DNA of 62,021 bases, filler included, from Globobulimina sp. (Eukaryota): the NCBI GenBank assembly GCA_003354225.1. It is 12 parts of 12 records of this genome, joined end to end, with 100 filler letters (N's around TTAATTAATTAA, not from the genome) between each part and the next. Parts side by side here need not be neighbours in the genome. Positions count along the whole stretch, not along the records: positions 56,955 to 62,021 come from PIVH01000746.1; 11 more parts are not named here. The stretch is one strand, 5' to 3'. Below are positions 60,799 through 62,021 of this stretch, piece after piece. Position 1 is the stretch's first letter; each line of letters starts with the position of its first letter. The translations under genes and the position numbers were made by a program. The notes beneath the pieces were generated by a model. The model worked only from the letters and a program-made list of their open reading frames with translations. It was not told the origin of the DNA and ran no database searches.

Positions 60799-61488
60799 AT
60801 GTACCTTTTTGCTAAAACAATTTTGCTGACTGGAGTGTTATGTATGTTCATTCATGAAATCGGTGGAATGCGTAGAACAATTTCGTCTCCATCATTAGCG
60901 CAAAGGACACGACCATGCGTCCGTAAACTATTGCTTCCTCCACTAAATCCACAGGATCAGCCAAGAGATTATAATCGAATGGTACAAGGATGTGATTGTG
61001 TTGTTTTCAAAAATTCAGCGAATGGCACAATTCAATTTTCAAAAATCGGAACAATCCGAACTGGCCCAACAGGACAAATCGATGACACAATCCAAACCAT
61101 TGAGTTTGACACATTGGATATAAACAGTAACATGTTGGATGTGCATAATTTTATGTTGCAAAATAATTATCGATTGCTAATAGGGACAGACGATGGTTTC
61201 GTTTATGGATCAGCAAAATGTGAATTTCTATCTGTTTCCGTGAATTCAGATTTTTTGTTGTCCGGATATTCAGGCGGTTATAAAATATTTTGTGTTCCTC
61301 TGGATTTTATATTATCGCACTTTCCTGGAAACAAAACGCAATTGGAAATCAGCGAATTTTTGACACAATTTATTGGCAAAGATTATCAATTTACAACGAC
61401 GAGTAAAAAGCTAGTGTTACCTGCTAAAGCCACCGAATATCATTTCGGACTCAAACAAAAGCTCTTACGTTTCCATCATTATTATTAA
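60799..61488 (+). CDS. Hypothetical protein with signal peptide
   Basis: About 229-aa ORF with hydrophobic N-terminus. Confidence 0.5.
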   Translation: MYLFAKTILLTGVLCMFIHEIGGMRRTISSPSLAQRTRPCVRKLLLPPLNPQDQPRDYNRMVQGCDCVVFKNSANGTIQFSKIGTIRTGPTGQIDDTIQTIEFDTLDINSNMLDVHNFMLQNNYRLLIGTDDGFVYGSAKCEFLSVSVNSDFLLSGYSGGYKIFCVPLDFILSHFPGNKTQLEISEFLTQFIGKDYQFTTTSKKLVLPAKATEYHFGLKQKLLRFHHYY

Positions 61489-61747
61489 TCTGTCTTTTTT
61501 TTTGTTCATTATTCGATGCCTCATCAATTCATTTGTTTTACATTTTGGATTATGGATATCATTATTTTGCATCTTTCCATTTTAATTCAATGTAAAAAAT
61601 ACATCATAAAACACCGTTAGCACAGAAACTATTTATAAAACATTTCCTCATTTCGGAGCTACAGTAACCTTTGGAAGGATTTATTTTTTGATGTGATGGA
61701 ATAACGCAACCAAACAGAAAGATGTCATCAAAAAAAACATTTATTTT

Positions 61748-62021
61748 TCAACTGGATTTCAACCACTTAGTTCGGATATATTTTATTGTTTTTACAATTT
61801 TATCAAAACTCAAATTATCAAATAACTTGCTTGAACAATCCGATTGACTCTGCCATCCTTTATCTGTCATGTAATCAATTTTATAGTTCCAATCATTGAG
61901 TCCATTTTTTTCAATTGTTTGATTTGATAAATATTTATCATATATGCTCTGTGCAAATATTATTGATTTCTTATATATTTCACCAAAGAACATATTCTCA
62001 TATGTACAATACACATTTATT
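61748..62021 (-). CDS. 3' part of a 144-aa ORF that starts at 57234 and continues across the contig's terminal repeat
   Basis: 57234-56955 joined to 61902-61748 gives 435 nt in one open frame ending in TGA. Confidence 0.5.
   Translation of the reverse strand, partial: INVYCTYENMFFGEIYKKSIIFAQSIYDKYLSNQTIEKNGLNDWNYKIDYMTDKGWQSQSDCSSKLFDNLSFDKIVKTIKYIRTKWLKSS

Overview
This window is not one locus. It joins 12 unrelated contigs of about 5.07-5.08 kb, ordered by decreasing length and separated by roughly 100-nt N spacers that each contain the all-frame stop linker TTAATTAATTAA. Adjacency is meaningful only within a contig. The DNA is AT-rich, gene-dense and eukaryotic: standard genetic code, many 50-80 nt GT-AG introns, and divergent genes only 40-75 bp apart. 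A protist source is likely, and the gene repertoire is suggestive of Foraminifera/Rhizaria (inference only). Recognisable genes include two tandem HSPA12-like Hsp70s, a Cdc25/Acr2-type rhodanese, PP2A B'' subunit, MPG/AAG glycosylase, an SR splicing factor, a DnaJ C-terminal fragment, a TCAIM/DUF4460-like protein, an MFS transporter, a Wee1/Myt1-like kinase, RasGAP, a RING protein, a NOX/ferric reductase, a multi-DOMON protein, a C-type lectin receptor, a sulfotransferase and a double-START protein. The most unusual items are: (1) a 417-aa protein with about four ubiquitin-like domains fused to a complete C-terminal RPB12/POLR2K zinc ribbon; (2) a NOX/FRE reductase head-to-head (43 bp) with a secreted tri-DOMON protein in which two domains have His at the canonical Met heme-ligand position; (3) a membrane-anchored PI3K-like pseudokinase; (4) two R-S-E-type ADP-ribosyltransferase-fold proteins; (5) a last contig that closes as a 4,948-bp circle or tandem unit; (6) a candidate RS-less splice isoform of the SR gene; (7) several long inverted repeats. 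All family calls come from motif recognition by eye; no database searches were run.
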